From Flavobacteriaceae bacterium (GTDB lineage Bacteria > Bacteroidota > Bacteroidia > Flavobacteriales > Flavobacteriaceae): DNA of 64,000 nucleotides. The stretch is from the NCBI GenBank assembly GCA_041749595.1, contig JBGTBA010000064.1:242-64241 (forward strand), in the 5' to 3' direction. Each line of letters begins with the position of its first letter. Position 1 is the first letter of the stretch. Under the pieces are notes generated by a model. The model was not told the DNA's origin and did no database searches. It saw only the letters and a program-made list of their open reading frames with translations. The position numbers were made by a program, and so were the translations under genes. Positions 21,113 through 31,545 of the stretch are shown piece by piece.

Positions 21113-21793
21113 ATGAAAATTACGTTCTTAGGTCACGCTTCTTTATGGATAGAAACCGCAAAACACACGTTATTGGTAGATCCGTTTATTTCCGAAAATC
21201 CTAAAACAAAGGGTAAAATAGATATAAATGCGATAAAACCCGATTTTATTTTAGTAACCCACGCCCATCAGGACCATACTTTAGATGTGGAGGCCATTGC
21301 CAAAAGCAGCGGGGCAACCATAGTGAGCAACTATGAAATAGCCACGCATTATCAAAACAAAGGGCTACAGGCCCATCCTATGAATCACGGCGGTGCCTGG
21401 AAATTCGATTTTGGGACCTTAAAATATGTAAACGCCGTACATACTTCCTCTTTTCCGGATGGTTCTTATGGCGGACAACCCGGCGGGTTTATACTTTCCG
21501 CAGATGGCAAGGAAGTCTATATCGCCGGAGATACGGCATTGACCATGGATATGAAATTGATTCCCCTGACCACAAAATTGGATTTGGCTATTTTGCCCAT
21601 CGGCGACAATTTTACCATGGGGGTAAGTGATGCGCTCATAGCTGCCGATTTTGTGGCGTGCAAGTCCGTATTGGGCTGCCATTACGATACTTTTGGTTAT
21701 ATAGAGATAGACCATGGAACAGCCGTAAAAGCTTTTGCAGCTGCCGGGAAAAAATTGCATCTTTTGGAGATAGGGGGCAATATGGAAGTCTAA
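21113..21793 (+). CDS. Metal-dependent hydrolase (metallo-beta-lactamase fold, UPF0173-like)
   Basis: LGHA, DPF, THAHQDH, AVHTSS, AGDT, LPIGD. Confidence 0.9.
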   Translation: MKITFLGHASLWIETAKHTLLVDPFISENPKTKGKIDINAIKPDFILVTHAHQDHTLDVEAIAKSSGATIVSNYEIATHYQNKGLQAHPMNHGGAWKFDFGTLKYVNAVHTSSFPDGSYGGQPGGFILSADGKEVYIAGDTALTMDMKLIPLTTKLDLAILPIGDNFTMGVSDALIAADFVACKSVLGCHYDTFGYIEIDHGTAVKAFAAAGKKLHLLEIGGNMEV

Positions 21794-21956
21794 GTAGGAC
21801 AGCCGGATGATCGTTCATTTTAAAAACCGACAGAACAACAATTTTATTAAAAACACTTCAAAAGAATGGTAATTTGCAATCGCAACAGATATGTTTATAG
21901 TGGTTGCGGGAAGATTTATTTTATACTCAAATTATAGCTAAATTTGAGAAACAAGT

Positions 21957-23009
21957 ATGAAGGCCATCCATAAAAAATATGTTTTAAATTTTAAACGTCC
22001 CAGTAGTACTTCGCGTGGGGTTATGGACCAAAAAGAAACTTGGTTTTTAATTCTGGAAGAAAACGGAAAGTTTGGAATAGGAGAGTGCGGCTTGCTTCGT
22101 GGTTTAAGCATGGACGATGTCCCCGATTATGAGTATTGGCTGCAATGGGTCTGTAATAACATACACAAAGGAAAAAACACCTTATGGGAAGAATTAAGAT
22201 CCTATCCCAGTATTCAATTTGGTTTGGAACAAGCCTTCCTCTCCTTAAACGCAAATTCCCCTTATAAACTCTTTCCGTCCAATTTCGTGAACGGCAGTGA
22301 AAGCATTCCCATAAATGGTTTGGTTTGGATGGGCGATGTAGCCTTTATGCAGGAACAGATAGCCCAAAAATTGGAAGAAGGGTGCCACTGCATCAAAATA
22401 AAAATTGGAGCTATCGATTTTAAGTCGGAACTTGCCTTATTGGCATCCATTAGAAAAAATTATAATCGCTCAAAAATCGAGTTGCGGGTAGATGCCAATG
22501 GGGGGTTTTCTGTTGATGAAGCCCTGGAAAAGATTCAATTGTTAGCTGCCTTGGATATCCATTCCATAGAACAACCCATTAAACAAGGGCAATGGGCAGC
22601 TATGGCTCAATTATGTCAAAAAACGCCTATTCCAATTGCGTTGGATGAAGAGCTTATCGGTGTATTTGATGTAACTGAAAAAGAAGCACTTTTGCAATGC
22701 ATTCAACCTCAATTCCTAATTTTAAAACCTAGCCTTATCGGGGGCTTTAAAGGAAGTGAGGAATGGATTGCATTGGCTAAAAAACAAGATATTGGCTGGT
22801 GGGTCACCAGTGCTTTGGAAAGCAACGTGGGACTAAACGCCATTGCTCAGTGGACCTTTACCCTGAACAACCCTATGCCCCAAGGATTGGGTACCGGCGG
22901 ATTGTTTACCAATAATTTCGATAGTCCATTATCTGTAAATAAGGGTAGGCTTATTTATGAAAACAATAAAAATTGGAAAACAAATTTAATAACGGATTTA
23001 TGTACATAG
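21957..23009 (+). CDS. menC: o-succinylbenzoate synthase
   Basis: Enolase superfamily KIKIG, RVDANG, IEQP, ALDE, LKP; men context. Confidence 0.9.
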   Translation: MKAIHKKYVLNFKRPSSTSRGVMDQKETWFLILEENGKFGIGECGLLRGLSMDDVPDYEYWLQWVCNNIHKGKNTLWEELRSYPSIQFGLEQAFLSLNANSPYKLFPSNFVNGSESIPINGLVWMGDVAFMQEQIAQKLEEGCHCIKIKIGAIDFKSELALLASIRKNYNRSKIELRVDANGGFSVDEALEKIQLLAALDIHSIEQPIKQGQWAAMAQLCQKTPIPIALDEELIGVFDVTEKEALLQCIQPQFLILKPSLIGGFKGSEEWIALAKKQDIGWWVTSALESNVGLNAIAQWTFTLNNPMPQGLGTGGLFTNNFDSPLSVNKGRLIYENNKNWKTNLITDLCT

Positions 23010-23986
23010 AACAGGGCTACAGAGGTACGGACAAACTTTGGATTTATTCAGTACTCCCGTTAGGGTTTATCGCATTTATGATCTTCAATTATATTTCAAC
23101 GCTATATGCTCCCATAGATGTGGATGTAATGATGCAAAATTTAATAGAACAATTGGGTTCCAATACTGTATTGGTCATTTTACTCTTGCCTTTGGCTTTT
23201 GGCTTATTCATAGTATGGGGTTGGGTAAAATTGGTACACGCCCAAAGCATAGGCTCTCTAACGACCTCCCGAAAACGGGTGGACTGGAAACGCATTCTTT
23301 TTGCATTTTCATTGTGGGGTTTTTTTTCCGTAGTGTTGACAGCAATAGGCATTTATCTTTCCCCGGAAGATTATGTTTTTAATTTTAAGCCGGTTCCGTT
23401 TCTTATCCTTCTAGGGATTGGCATCACCTTAATTCCGCTACAGACCAGTTTCGAGGAATATTTATTTCGAGGCTATATGATGCAGGGCATAGGGCTTATG
23501 GCCAAAAACAGATGGCTGCCTTTGGTGATCACCTCTGTACTATTTGGATTGATGCATTTGGGAAATCCGGAAGTAAGTAGGTTGGGACTTGGTATTATGG
23601 TGTACTATATAGGCACCGGATTTTTTCTGGGAATACTGACCTTGATGGATGACGGCTTGGAATTGGCCCTGGGTTTCCATGCCGCCAACAATCTTATCAC
23701 CGCTCTTTTGGTCACAGCAGATTGGACGGCTTTTCAAACCCATTCTATTTATCGTGATATTTCTGAACCCAAATTGGGATGGGATGTTTTTGTCCCCGTT
23801 TTGGTTATTTATCCTGTTTTACTATATCTGTTTTCAAGAAAATACAAATGGTCTAATTGGAAGGAGCACCTGACGGGCAAGATAATTCCGAAGGAAATAT
23901 TTATAGCCCGGCAAGGTCTTGGAAAAGAGGAGGCCCTTACTGCAAAATCAATTTTAGCTCAGGAAAATCATGGAAACAACTTATGA
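23000..23986 (+). CDS. CPBP/Abi family intramembrane metalloprotease
   Basis: EEYLFRG, FGLMH, HAANN. Confidence 0.9.
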   Translation: MYIEQGYRGTDKLWIYSVLPLGFIAFMIFNYISTLYAPIDVDVMMQNLIEQLGSNTVLVILLLPLAFGLFIVWGWVKLVHAQSIGSLTTSRKRVDWKRILFAFSLWGFFSVVLTAIGIYLSPEDYVFNFKPVPFLILLGIGITLIPLQTSFEEYLFRGYMMQGIGLMAKNRWLPLVITSVLFGLMHLGNPEVSRLGLGIMVYYIGTGFFLGILTLMDDGLELALGFHAANNLITALLVTADWTAFQTHSIYRDISEPKLGWDVFVPVLVIYPVLLYLFSRKYKWSNWKEHLTGKIIPKEIFIARQGLGKEEALTAKSILAQENHGNNL

Positions 23987-25055
23987 AACCGTACATCCTT
24001 ATTTTAAATTAAATGGTTTCTCCCTTTCAAAGGAGGAACTAAGAGAGGTCGGTTATAGCCTTATCAAGGAAGGAGAACCTTTTGAAAAGGGCATAGGTGA
24101 CTTTTTGCTCGATTGGCTTAACGAAAAAGATACAATATCGATCCGCACTTCCGGATCTACCGGAGTTCCAAAAAAAATATCCCTAAAAAAACAGCAAATG
24201 GTGAATTCTGCCTTGGCTACCGGTTCCTTTTTTGGTTTGGACTCTCATAGCAAGGCATTGCTTTGTCTTTCCGCAGATTATATTGCGGGTAAGATGATGC
24301 TTGTCCGTGCTTTGGTATTGGGTTGGAAGTTGGATTATGTGGCCCCATCCTCAAGCCCGCTATCCGATGTTGAAAAAAATTATGATTTTGTGGCAATGGT
24401 ACCTTTGCAATTGCAAAATTCCATTGAAAAGTTACACCTGATAAAAACCGTTGTCGTTGGTGGAGCTCCGGTTTCCCTTCAGTTACGAAAAGAACTCGAA
24501 CATGTAAAGACATCCGTTTATGAAACCTATGGCATGACAGAGACCATTACCCATATAGCCATTAAAAAAATAGGGGGAGGTGCAACCGAAACATACTTTA
24601 CAGCACTTTCAAATATCGCGATTTCCATAGATGAACGGGGTTGTCTTGTGGTGCAGGCACCGGAAATTACCAATGCGCCGGTGATAACGAATGATGTGGT
24701 ACATTTTATATCAGAGAACCAATTTGAATGGTTGGGGAGGTATGATACTATTATTAATTCTGGAGGTATTAAATTACATCCGGAAGGCATAGAGCAAAAG
24801 CTGGAACCACTGATCAAAGTCCCATTTTTTGTGGCCGGGATGCCCGATGCGGATTTAGGTCAAAAACTGGTGTTATTTATAGAAGGTAAAACAGATGATA
24901 AAATACTGACCCAAGTGAAGGAACTCAAAACCCTTCAAAAATTTGAGGTTCCAAAAGAAGTCCATGCCATAAACCAATTCGTAATTAGCGATAACGGAAA
25001 GATACAACGGGCAGCAACCTTGAAAAAGCTGCACATCTATACACAACCCAAATAA
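23970..25055 (+). CDS. menE: O-succinylbenzoate-CoA ligase (short Bacteroidota form)
   Basis: TSGSTGVPK, YGMTET, GRYD, NSGGIK, NGKIQR. Confidence 0.88.
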   Translation: METTYETVHPYFKLNGFSLSKEELREVGYSLIKEGEPFEKGIGDFLLDWLNEKDTISIRTSGSTGVPKKISLKKQQMVNSALATGSFFGLDSHSKALLCLSADYIAGKMMLVRALVLGWKLDYVAPSSSPLSDVEKNYDFVAMVPLQLQNSIEKLHLIKTVVVGGAPVSLQLRKELEHVKTSVYETYGMTETITHIAIKKIGGGATETYFTALSNIAISIDERGCLVVQAPEITNAPVITNDVVHFISENQFEWLGRYDTIINSGGIKLHPEGIEQKLEPLIKVPFFVAGMPDADLGQKLVLFIEGKTDDKILTQVKELKTLQKFEVPKEVHAINQFVISDNGKIQRAATLKKLHIYTQPK

Positions 25056-25086
25056 AGCAAATAATTCAAAATATAAAGAAATAGCT

Positions 25087-26445
25087 ATGCGCAATAACAA
25101 CACTGTACGGAGCTTGCTTCTTTTTTTCCTTTTTCTAAATGGCGTCAATGCCCAACAGGTTTTACCCGAAAATGAAAGGGCACGGGTAATCGACGAAATT
25201 CTGGAAGAGCGCTTTAGTACCTTGCTGCCAACGCTTATGGATGTGGCAGATATGGATATGTGGATCCTCATTTCAAGGGAATATAATGAAGACCCGGTAC
25301 TGAAGACCATGCTCCCGTCAACTTGGCTGAATGCCAGAAGAAGGACCATTTTACTGTTTTATAGGGATAAGAAAAAAAATACCATTGAAAAGATGGCCGT
25401 GGCACGTTACGATGTGGGCAAAAGCATCAAATCTGCTTGGGACCAAGAAAAGGAACCCGATCAATGGAAACGATTGATGCAGTTGATTGCGGAACGCAAT
25501 CCGATCAAGATAGGACTTAATTTTTCCAAAGACCACAATATAGCCGATGGTCTTGACAAGACCGATTATGATGAATTCATGGTCTATTTACCCAAAAAGT
25601 ACCATGCTATGGTGGTTTCTGCCGAACAGTTGGCTGTTCGCTGGATCGAGACGCGCACGGAAAGGGAAATGGCAATTTATGGCCAATTGGTAGCTATTAC
25701 GCACGATATTATAGCTGAGGCGTTTTCCGAAAAAGTAATTACGCCAGGAATTACCACCACTACCGAAGTGGAATGGTGGATGCGCCAGAAGGTTACCGAT
25801 CTGGGGCTGGAAACCTGGTTTCACCCCACGGTAGATGTGCAACGCAGCAATGAGGAACTTGTAGGCCATCTGTATTCTTTTTCCGGCAGACCCGATGATA
25901 CGGTAATTTTACCGGGCGATTTATTGCACTGCGATTTTGGGATTACCTATTTGCGTTTGAATACCGACTGCCAGCAATTGGCTTATGTCCTAAAACCTAC
26001 CGAGACAGATGCCCCCCCATTTCTTAGGGATGCATTGAAAGACGGTAACAGGATACAGGATTTTCTTACTACAAACATGGTGCAGGGTAGGACCGGAAAC
26101 GAGATTTTGGACAAGGCGTTGAGCGAAGCCAAGGAAGCCCGCCTCACACCTGCCATTTATACCCATCCACTGGGGGCATACGGACACTCGGCAGGCACTA
26201 CTATCGGGATGTGGGATGCGCAGGGTGGTGTAATGAAGGATGATGGGAAAAACTATCCCTTAAACCCGAATACCGTATATGCCATAGAGCTGAATGCTAC
26301 CGTAACCATCCCTCAATGGAAACGGGACATACGGATTATGCTGGAGGAAGCCGGTTTTTTCGGAGAGGAAGGTTTCCGCTATGTCAATGGCAGGCAAACC
26401 GGGTTGCTCCTTATACCCAGGTTTAAAGGGCATCAGGGGAATTAA
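25087..26445 (+). CDS. M24 family (Xaa-Pro) aminopeptidase, secreted
   Basis: Signal peptide; GDLLHCDFG, TDCQ, HPLG, AIE and LEE metal ligands. Confidence 0.85.
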   Translation: MRNNNTVRSLLLFFLFLNGVNAQQVLPENERARVIDEILEERFSTLLPTLMDVADMDMWILISREYNEDPVLKTMLPSTWLNARRRTILLFYRDKKKNTIEKMAVARYDVGKSIKSAWDQEKEPDQWKRLMQLIAERNPIKIGLNFSKDHNIADGLDKTDYDEFMVYLPKKYHAMVVSAEQLAVRWIETRTEREMAIYGQLVAITHDIIAEAFSEKVITPGITTTTEVEWWMRQKVTDLGLETWFHPTVDVQRSNEELVGHLYSFSGRPDDTVILPGDLLHCDFGITYLRLNTDCQQLAYVLKPTETDAPPFLRDALKDGNRIQDFLTTNMVQGRTGNEILDKALSEAKEARLTPAIYTHPLGAYGHSAGTTIGMWDAQGGVMKDDGKNYPLNPNTVYAIELNATVTIPQWKRDIRIMLEEAGFFGEEGFRYVNGRQTGLLLIPRFKGHQGN

Positions 26446-26649
26446 ATAAAGGATTCAACTATAAATCGTTGATTTAATAAAGGCGGGTTCTAAAAATTGT
26501 TTTTTTATAGACACATTTATAAACGATATGATTATCAGATAATCAGATAATTCTTATAAAAAATTCAACAAGTTGATTATTAGTATTTTAAGTTCATTTT
26601 GAAATGAAAATGAGCTTGCATAAATGACTATGTTTTCGTAACTTATTGG

Positions 26650-27037
26650 CACAATAACCGCACCGAATTTAAAAGAAAGGGCGGGGCCGGGGGGGCATGA
26701 AAAACGGCAAAATCAACCCGCCATGGCCATCACCAAAGAAATGGCCAGCCGACTAGAAGGCAGCTTTGGCACGGAAAAGGAACATTGCTATCTAAAAAAG
26801 ATCAAGGTCCTTCGGACATTTTTCGGCATCCACACTGTCAAGGCCTCGAGACAACGGGCAGCCTAACATCAAACTTCAAAATCCCATGGGAGAGGTATGC
26901 CCTATTGTCAAAAAAGAACAAAATCGCCCATCCCAACAAAGTGCAGGAAGAAAATGCCCAAAACGGCATGAAATCAAACTTCGATTAATCAAAATCTAGG
27001 GGAGAATTTAAAAAAAATCCGGATTTCCCGAATGTTC
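26650..27037 (+). mobile_element. Degenerate IS remnant (C-terminus of an IS5-type DDE transposase plus possible right end)
   Basis: Manual translation: TEFKRKG, frameshift in G7 run, then ITKEMASRLEGSFGTEKEHCYLKKIK..FFGIHT, stop at 26864-26866. Candidate terminal repeat tttcccgaatgttcc at 27023-27037. Confidence 0.7.
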
Positions 27038-27264
27038 CTTCCAAAGGACAGAACGCTTTTTTATTTCCATTTTTGAATAAGGCGTTAGTCTTATTATTTT
27101 ACCGAAAAGCCAAAAAACGTACTTCAAATTATAATATTACTAAAATTAGTGTGTCCAAATCGTTAAATTATCATAATTGTTCATAGTTAACCGTGGAGAT
27201 ATTCCCCAAAAAAAATTAAATTCATTACCTTTCTTATTGAAAAAAAATTAAAAATACAGAGCAT

Positions 27265-28788
27265 ATGGAAACACAGGAAGAAGTTTACAAAACGGTAGAA
27301 CGACCCAAATTCAAGGAAAGATACGATCATTTCATTGGAGGTGAATGGGTAAAACCAAGCAGTGGCGAGTATTTTGATAATATTAGCCCTATTGATGGAA
27401 AAGTCTTTACACAAGCTGCACGGGGAAATAAGGACGATATTAACAAGGCCTTGGATGCCGCTCATGCCGCTTTTCCGAAATGGTCTACCACGTCGGCCGC
27501 AGCACGGGCCAATGTGCTGCTTAAAATAGCCGATGTCATTGAACAAAACCTGGAATTTCTGGCCCGTGTGGAGACGGTTGATAACGGCAAGGCTCTGCGG
27601 GAAACCAGAGCTGCGGATTTACCGCTCTGCATAGACCATTTTCGATACTTTGCCGGTGCCATTAGGGCTGACGAAAGTTACATTTCCGAACACGATGCCA
27701 ATACCATAAGCATCAACCTTCAGGAACCTTTGGGTGTAGTCGGTCAAATCATACCATGGAATTTTCCATTGCTAATGACCACTTGGAAAATTGCCCCAGC
27801 CCTTGCCGCCGGATGCTGTACCGTGGTGAAACCTGCCGAGCAAACCCCCACCAGTATTATGGTACTTATGGAGTTGATCAAGGATATTGTGCCCCCGGGC
27901 GTGTTGAATATCGTAACCGGATTTGGTACGGAAGCAGGGAAACCCCTGGCGATGTCACCAAGAATTGCCAAAGTAGCCTTTACGGGGGAAACCACTACGG
28001 GAAGGTTGATTATGCAGTATGCCTCCGAAAACCTTATTCCGGTTACCATGGAATTAGGGGGTAAGTCGCCTAATATATTTATGAAGAGTATTGCCGATGC
28101 CGACGATGACTTTTTCGACAAATGCGTGGAGGGTGCCGTTATGTTTGCCCTGAACCAGGGAGAGGTATGTACTTGTCCTTCCCGAATTCTAGTGGACGAA
28201 TCCATATATGATCGCTTTATGGAACGGGTTATTGAAAGAACCAAAGCGATTAAAATGGGCCATCCGTTGGCAGAGGACACTATGATGGGCGCACAGGCTT
28301 CTAACGATCAATATGAAAAAATCCTGTCCTACTTGGATATCGGCAAGCAGGAAGGTGCCGAAGTGCTATGTGGCGGAGCTTCTGCGAACCTCAACTCTGG
28401 ACTGGAAAAAGGATATTATATTCAGCCTACCATTTTTAAAGGACACAATAAAATGCGGATTTTTCAAGAGGAAATTTTCGGTCCTGTAACCTCGGTCACA
28501 ACGTTTAAAAATGCGGATGAGGCGGTAGCCATTGCCAATGACACTTTATATGGGCTCGGAGCAGGACTTTGGACCCGTGATGCGCACGAAATTTACCAAT
28601 TGCCTCGCGCAATAAAAGCGGGTAGGGTTTGGGTAAATTGCTACCACGCATATCCGGCACACGCCCCGTTTGGAGGGTATAAAAAATCCGGATTTGGACG
28701 AGAGAACCATAAGATGATGCTCAATCATTATCGCAACACCAAGAACATGCTTATCTCGTACGATAAGAAAAAGCTAGGATTCTTTTAG
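27265..28788 (+). CDS. aldB: NAD-dependent aldehyde dehydrogenase (AldB/AcoD/ExaC type)
   Basis: [49 protein letters not shown]. Confidence 0.92.
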   Translation: METQEEVYKTVERPKFKERYDHFIGGEWVKPSSGEYFDNISPIDGKVFTQAARGNKDDINKALDAAHAAFPKWSTTSAAARANVLLKIADVIEQNLEFLARVETVDNGKALRETRAADLPLCIDHFRYFAGAIRADESYISEHDANTISINLQEPLGVVGQIIPWNFPLLMTTWKIAPALAAGCCTVVKPAEQTPTSIMVLMELIKDIVPPGVLNIVTGFGTEAGKPLAMSPRIAKVAFTGETTTGRLIMQYASENLIPVTMELGGKSPNIFMKSIADADDDFFDKCVEGAVMFALNQGEVCTCPSRILVDESIYDRFMERVIERTKAIKMGHPLAEDTMMGAQASNDQYEKILSYLDIGKQEGAEVLCGGASANLNSGLEKGYYIQPTIFKGHNKMRIFQEEIFGPVTSVTTFKNADEAVAIANDTLYGLGAGLWTRDAHEIYQLPRAIKAGRVWVNCYHAYPAHAPFGGYKKSGFGRENHKMMLNHYRNTKNMLISYDKKKLGFF

Positions 28789-28818
28789 ATCATTCCAAAA
28801 AGGTAATTTTCAGTTTTT

Positions 28819-28848
28819 AAAGAGAAGGTAGCCGATTACCTTCTCTTT
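28819..28848 (+). terminator. Hairpin/terminator between aldB and DUF779
   Basis: aaagagaaggta/taccttctcttt perfect 12-bp stem. Confidence 0.65.
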
Positions 28849-28896
28849 GATTTTAAATTAAAATAGAATGACTCAGTCAGGATTAAAATAAACAAT

Positions 28897-29277
28897 ATGA
28901 AAACCATAGAAGTGGAAAGAGTAGGGGCTACCCCAAAGGCCGTGGAAGTAATTGAAACCCTCAGAAAGCGTTTTGGGCCGTTAATGTTTCACCAAAGTGG
29001 AGGCTGTTGCGACGGCTCCTCGCCTATGTGCTTTGAAGATGGGGAGTTTAAAATAGGGGAGAGCGATATTTTGCTGGGCAAAGTAGACGATTGTCCGTTT
29101 TACATGTCGCGGGATCAATATGAATATTGGAAACATACCCACCTCACTTTAGATGTTACAGAAGGTCGCGGTTCCAGTTTTTCACTTGAAATTCCCATGG
29201 GTGTGCGATTTATAATCCGATCCCGACTATTTACGCCGGATGAAATGGAACTTCTAAAAGCGACAGGAGCACTTTAA
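28897..29277 (+). CDS. DUF779 family protein
   Basis: FHQSGGCCDGSSPMC, GRGSSFSLE; usual neighbour of AldB. Confidence 0.92.
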   Translation: MKTIEVERVGATPKAVEVIETLRKRFGPLMFHQSGGCCDGSSPMCFEDGEFKIGESDILLGKVDDCPFYMSRDQYEYWKHTHLTLDVTEGRGSSFSLEIPMGVRFIIRSRLFTPDEMELLKATGAL

Positions 29278-29308
29278 AAAAATATCTAACCTTATTCCTT
29301 TTAAACGA

Positions 29309-29983
29309 ATGCCAGCAAAACCTAAACTACTTATTTTTGATGTAAACGAGACTTTGCTCAACATGGAGCCTCTAAAATCAAAGGTGAATTACGCCTTAAA
29401 AAGTGACTCTGCCTTTGCAATTTGGTTCCCAACACTGCTCCATTATTCCCTGGTGGAAACGGTGTTGCAACGCTATAGGGGCTTTAGTGAGATAGCAGTG
29501 GCGACCTTTAAAATGGTGTCACAACAATTCCATATACCACTTTCTAACTCAGAAATAAAAAAGATCCTGAGTACCTTAAAGGAGTTGCCCCCCCATCCCG
29601 ATGTTCGGGAAGCTCTTGCCCTTCTAAAATCTGCCCATTTTAAAATGGTGGCATTGACCAATGGCGACCTTAAAGTTGCCGAAGCGCAATTAAAATACGC
29701 AGGGATACACCCGTATTTTGATGTGGTTTTAAGCGTGGAAAGTATGGGCTGTTACAAACCACATCCAGCTGCCTATAAACATGCCCTAATAACAATGCAT
29801 ATCCAGGCCCATGAGGCTATGATGATCGCAGCCCACGGCTGGGACGTCATGGGCGCGCGGGAAGCCGGACTGCAAAGTTGTTTTATACAGCGTAACGGGC
29901 AATTCCCTTATCCTTTGGCGGATAAAGGGGAACTGTCCTGTAAGGACATTTTGGAAGCGTCCCACATTTTAACTTCTCTCTGA
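29309..29983 (+). CDS. Haloacid dehalogenase type II
   Basis: FDVNETLL, LTNG, YKPHP, AAHGWD. Confidence 0.88.
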   Translation: MPAKPKLLIFDVNETLLNMEPLKSKVNYALKSDSAFAIWFPTLLHYSLVETVLQRYRGFSEIAVATFKMVSQQFHIPLSNSEIKKILSTLKELPPHPDVREALALLKSAHFKMVALTNGDLKVAEAQLKYAGIHPYFDVVLSVESMGCYKPHPAAYKHALITMHIQAHEAMMIAAHGWDVMGAREAGLQSCFIQRNGQFPYPLADKGELSCKDILEASHILTSL

Positions 29984-30130
29984 TCGATTTTATAGGAAAA
30001 TCCTATTTATTATAATAGTGCATATAGGCTGGTTTACAAGACTATGGAAAAGTGTAAAATAAGAACGGCTTGGCCTACTTTCACTATGCAATGTGTATTT
30101 TTGCAAATCACATAGTTTAGACGCATAGGT

Positions 30131-31372
30131 ATGTTAAAAAAATGGTTATACGATAATCTTGCCGATTTTCAGATTAATGACATCTGGATAGAGTTGGCCA
30201 ATGCCGCCATATTACTTATTGGCTTGCTTATTTTGGTTTTTTTGATGGATTATATCCTGAGAAGATTGTTGCTTAAATCATTTACCCAATTTGCAAAACG
30301 CACTAAAACGAGATACGATGATATTTTAATTCAGAACCATGTACCCAGAAATATAGCCCATATTGTACCCTTTCTTTTGGCTATTGAATTTGCGCCTATG
30401 GTGTTTTCCGATTTTTCGTACGTGAAAAGTTCGGTAGAAAAAGCATTATGGATTTTTTCTATAGTACTCCTACTTTGGCTGGTCCGCAGTGTTCTGAATT
30501 CCGTTAAGGACTACCTAAAGACTTTGGACAATTTTAGGCAGAAGCCCATAGACAGTTATGTGCAGGTTTTTATGATCTTTATATGGGTATTGGGCATCAT
30601 TTCGGCCGTAGCCATCCTTACGCAAATTAAATTTATCACCTTTATTACGAGTCTGGGTGCGGTTTCCGCCGTAATACTGTTGATTTTTAAAGATACCATT
30701 CTGGGATTTGTGGCCAGTATTCAGGTTTCCATAAACGATATGGTGCGCATAGGGGACTGGATTACCTTTGAAAAATACGGTGCTGACGGCGATGTGGTAG
30801 AAATTAATCTGGCAACGGTAAAAGTGCAGAATTTTGACAAGACCATTACCACCATACCCACCTATGCGCTTATATCGGATTCCTTTAAAAACTGGCGGGG
30901 CATGTCCGAATCCGGCGGCAGGCGCATCCGAAGGGCAATCAACATCAAAATGAAGAGTATAAAATATCTTACGGACGACGACGTGGAGCGACTAAGTAAT
31001 ATTGAGATTATAGCCGAATATTTACAAAATCGTCAAAAGGAAATCAAGATCTACAATACCCAAAACAAAATTGATAAAACACTTTCAATCAACGGACGCA
31101 ACCTCACCAATTTAGGGGTTTTTCGGAAATACATAGAAACCTATGTCCAAAGGCATTCGGCAATCAATAAGGAAATGATGATCATGACCAGACAGTTGGC
31201 CCCAACCACTCAGGGAATTCCGCTGGAAATCTATGCCTTTAGCAGTGACAAACGCTGGCAGAATTATGAATATATCATGGCCGATATTTTTGACCATGTC
31301 ATTGCTGCCGTTCCATTTTTTGATCTTGAAATTTTCGAGCTTCAAGGCTTTACCCAAGATATGGCGTCCTAA
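30131..31372 (+). CDS. MscS family mechanosensitive channel (YbdG/MscM-like)
   Basis: FKDTILGFVASIQ, GDWI, NWRGM, GGRRIRR, TNLGVFR. Confidence 0.92.
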   Translation: MLKKWLYDNLADFQINDIWIELANAAILLIGLLILVFLMDYILRRLLLKSFTQFAKRTKTRYDDILIQNHVPRNIAHIVPFLLAIEFAPMVFSDFSYVKSSVEKALWIFSIVLLLWLVRSVLNSVKDYLKTLDNFRQKPIDSYVQVFMIFIWVLGIISAVAILTQIKFITFITSLGAVSAVILLIFKDTILGFVASIQVSINDMVRIGDWITFEKYGADGDVVEINLATVKVQNFDKTITTIPTYALISDSFKNWRGMSESGGRRIRRAINIKMKSIKYLTDDDVERLSNIEIIAEYLQNRQKEIKIYNTQNKIDKTLSINGRNLTNLGVFRKYIETYVQRHSAINKEMMIMTRQLAPTTQGIPLEIYAFSSDKRWQNYEYIMADIFDHVIAAVPFFDLEIFELQGFTQDMAS

Positions 31373-31545
31373 TGGTTTTTCTTTCAGACAATTCCAAATC
31401 CTCCTATATTATTTAGGCGGAGTTTGTTTTGTTTGTGTAATTTTACGCCCTAAGGCCTAAAGGATGTATGCAACCTGCGAAAACGCAAATGCGGTCCAAA
31501 TTGGCTCTAACAGCAGCCCATTACAACAATAGAACAAAATGCACT

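Noticed and set aside
26530-26552. Palindrome attatcagataat with a tandem atcagata
   Set aside because: Short, AT-rich and not tied to a recognisable promoter; could be chance.
26785-26988. 67-aa ORF in the ORF track
   Set aside because: It is an off-frame reading of the IS remnant and has no recognisable motif.
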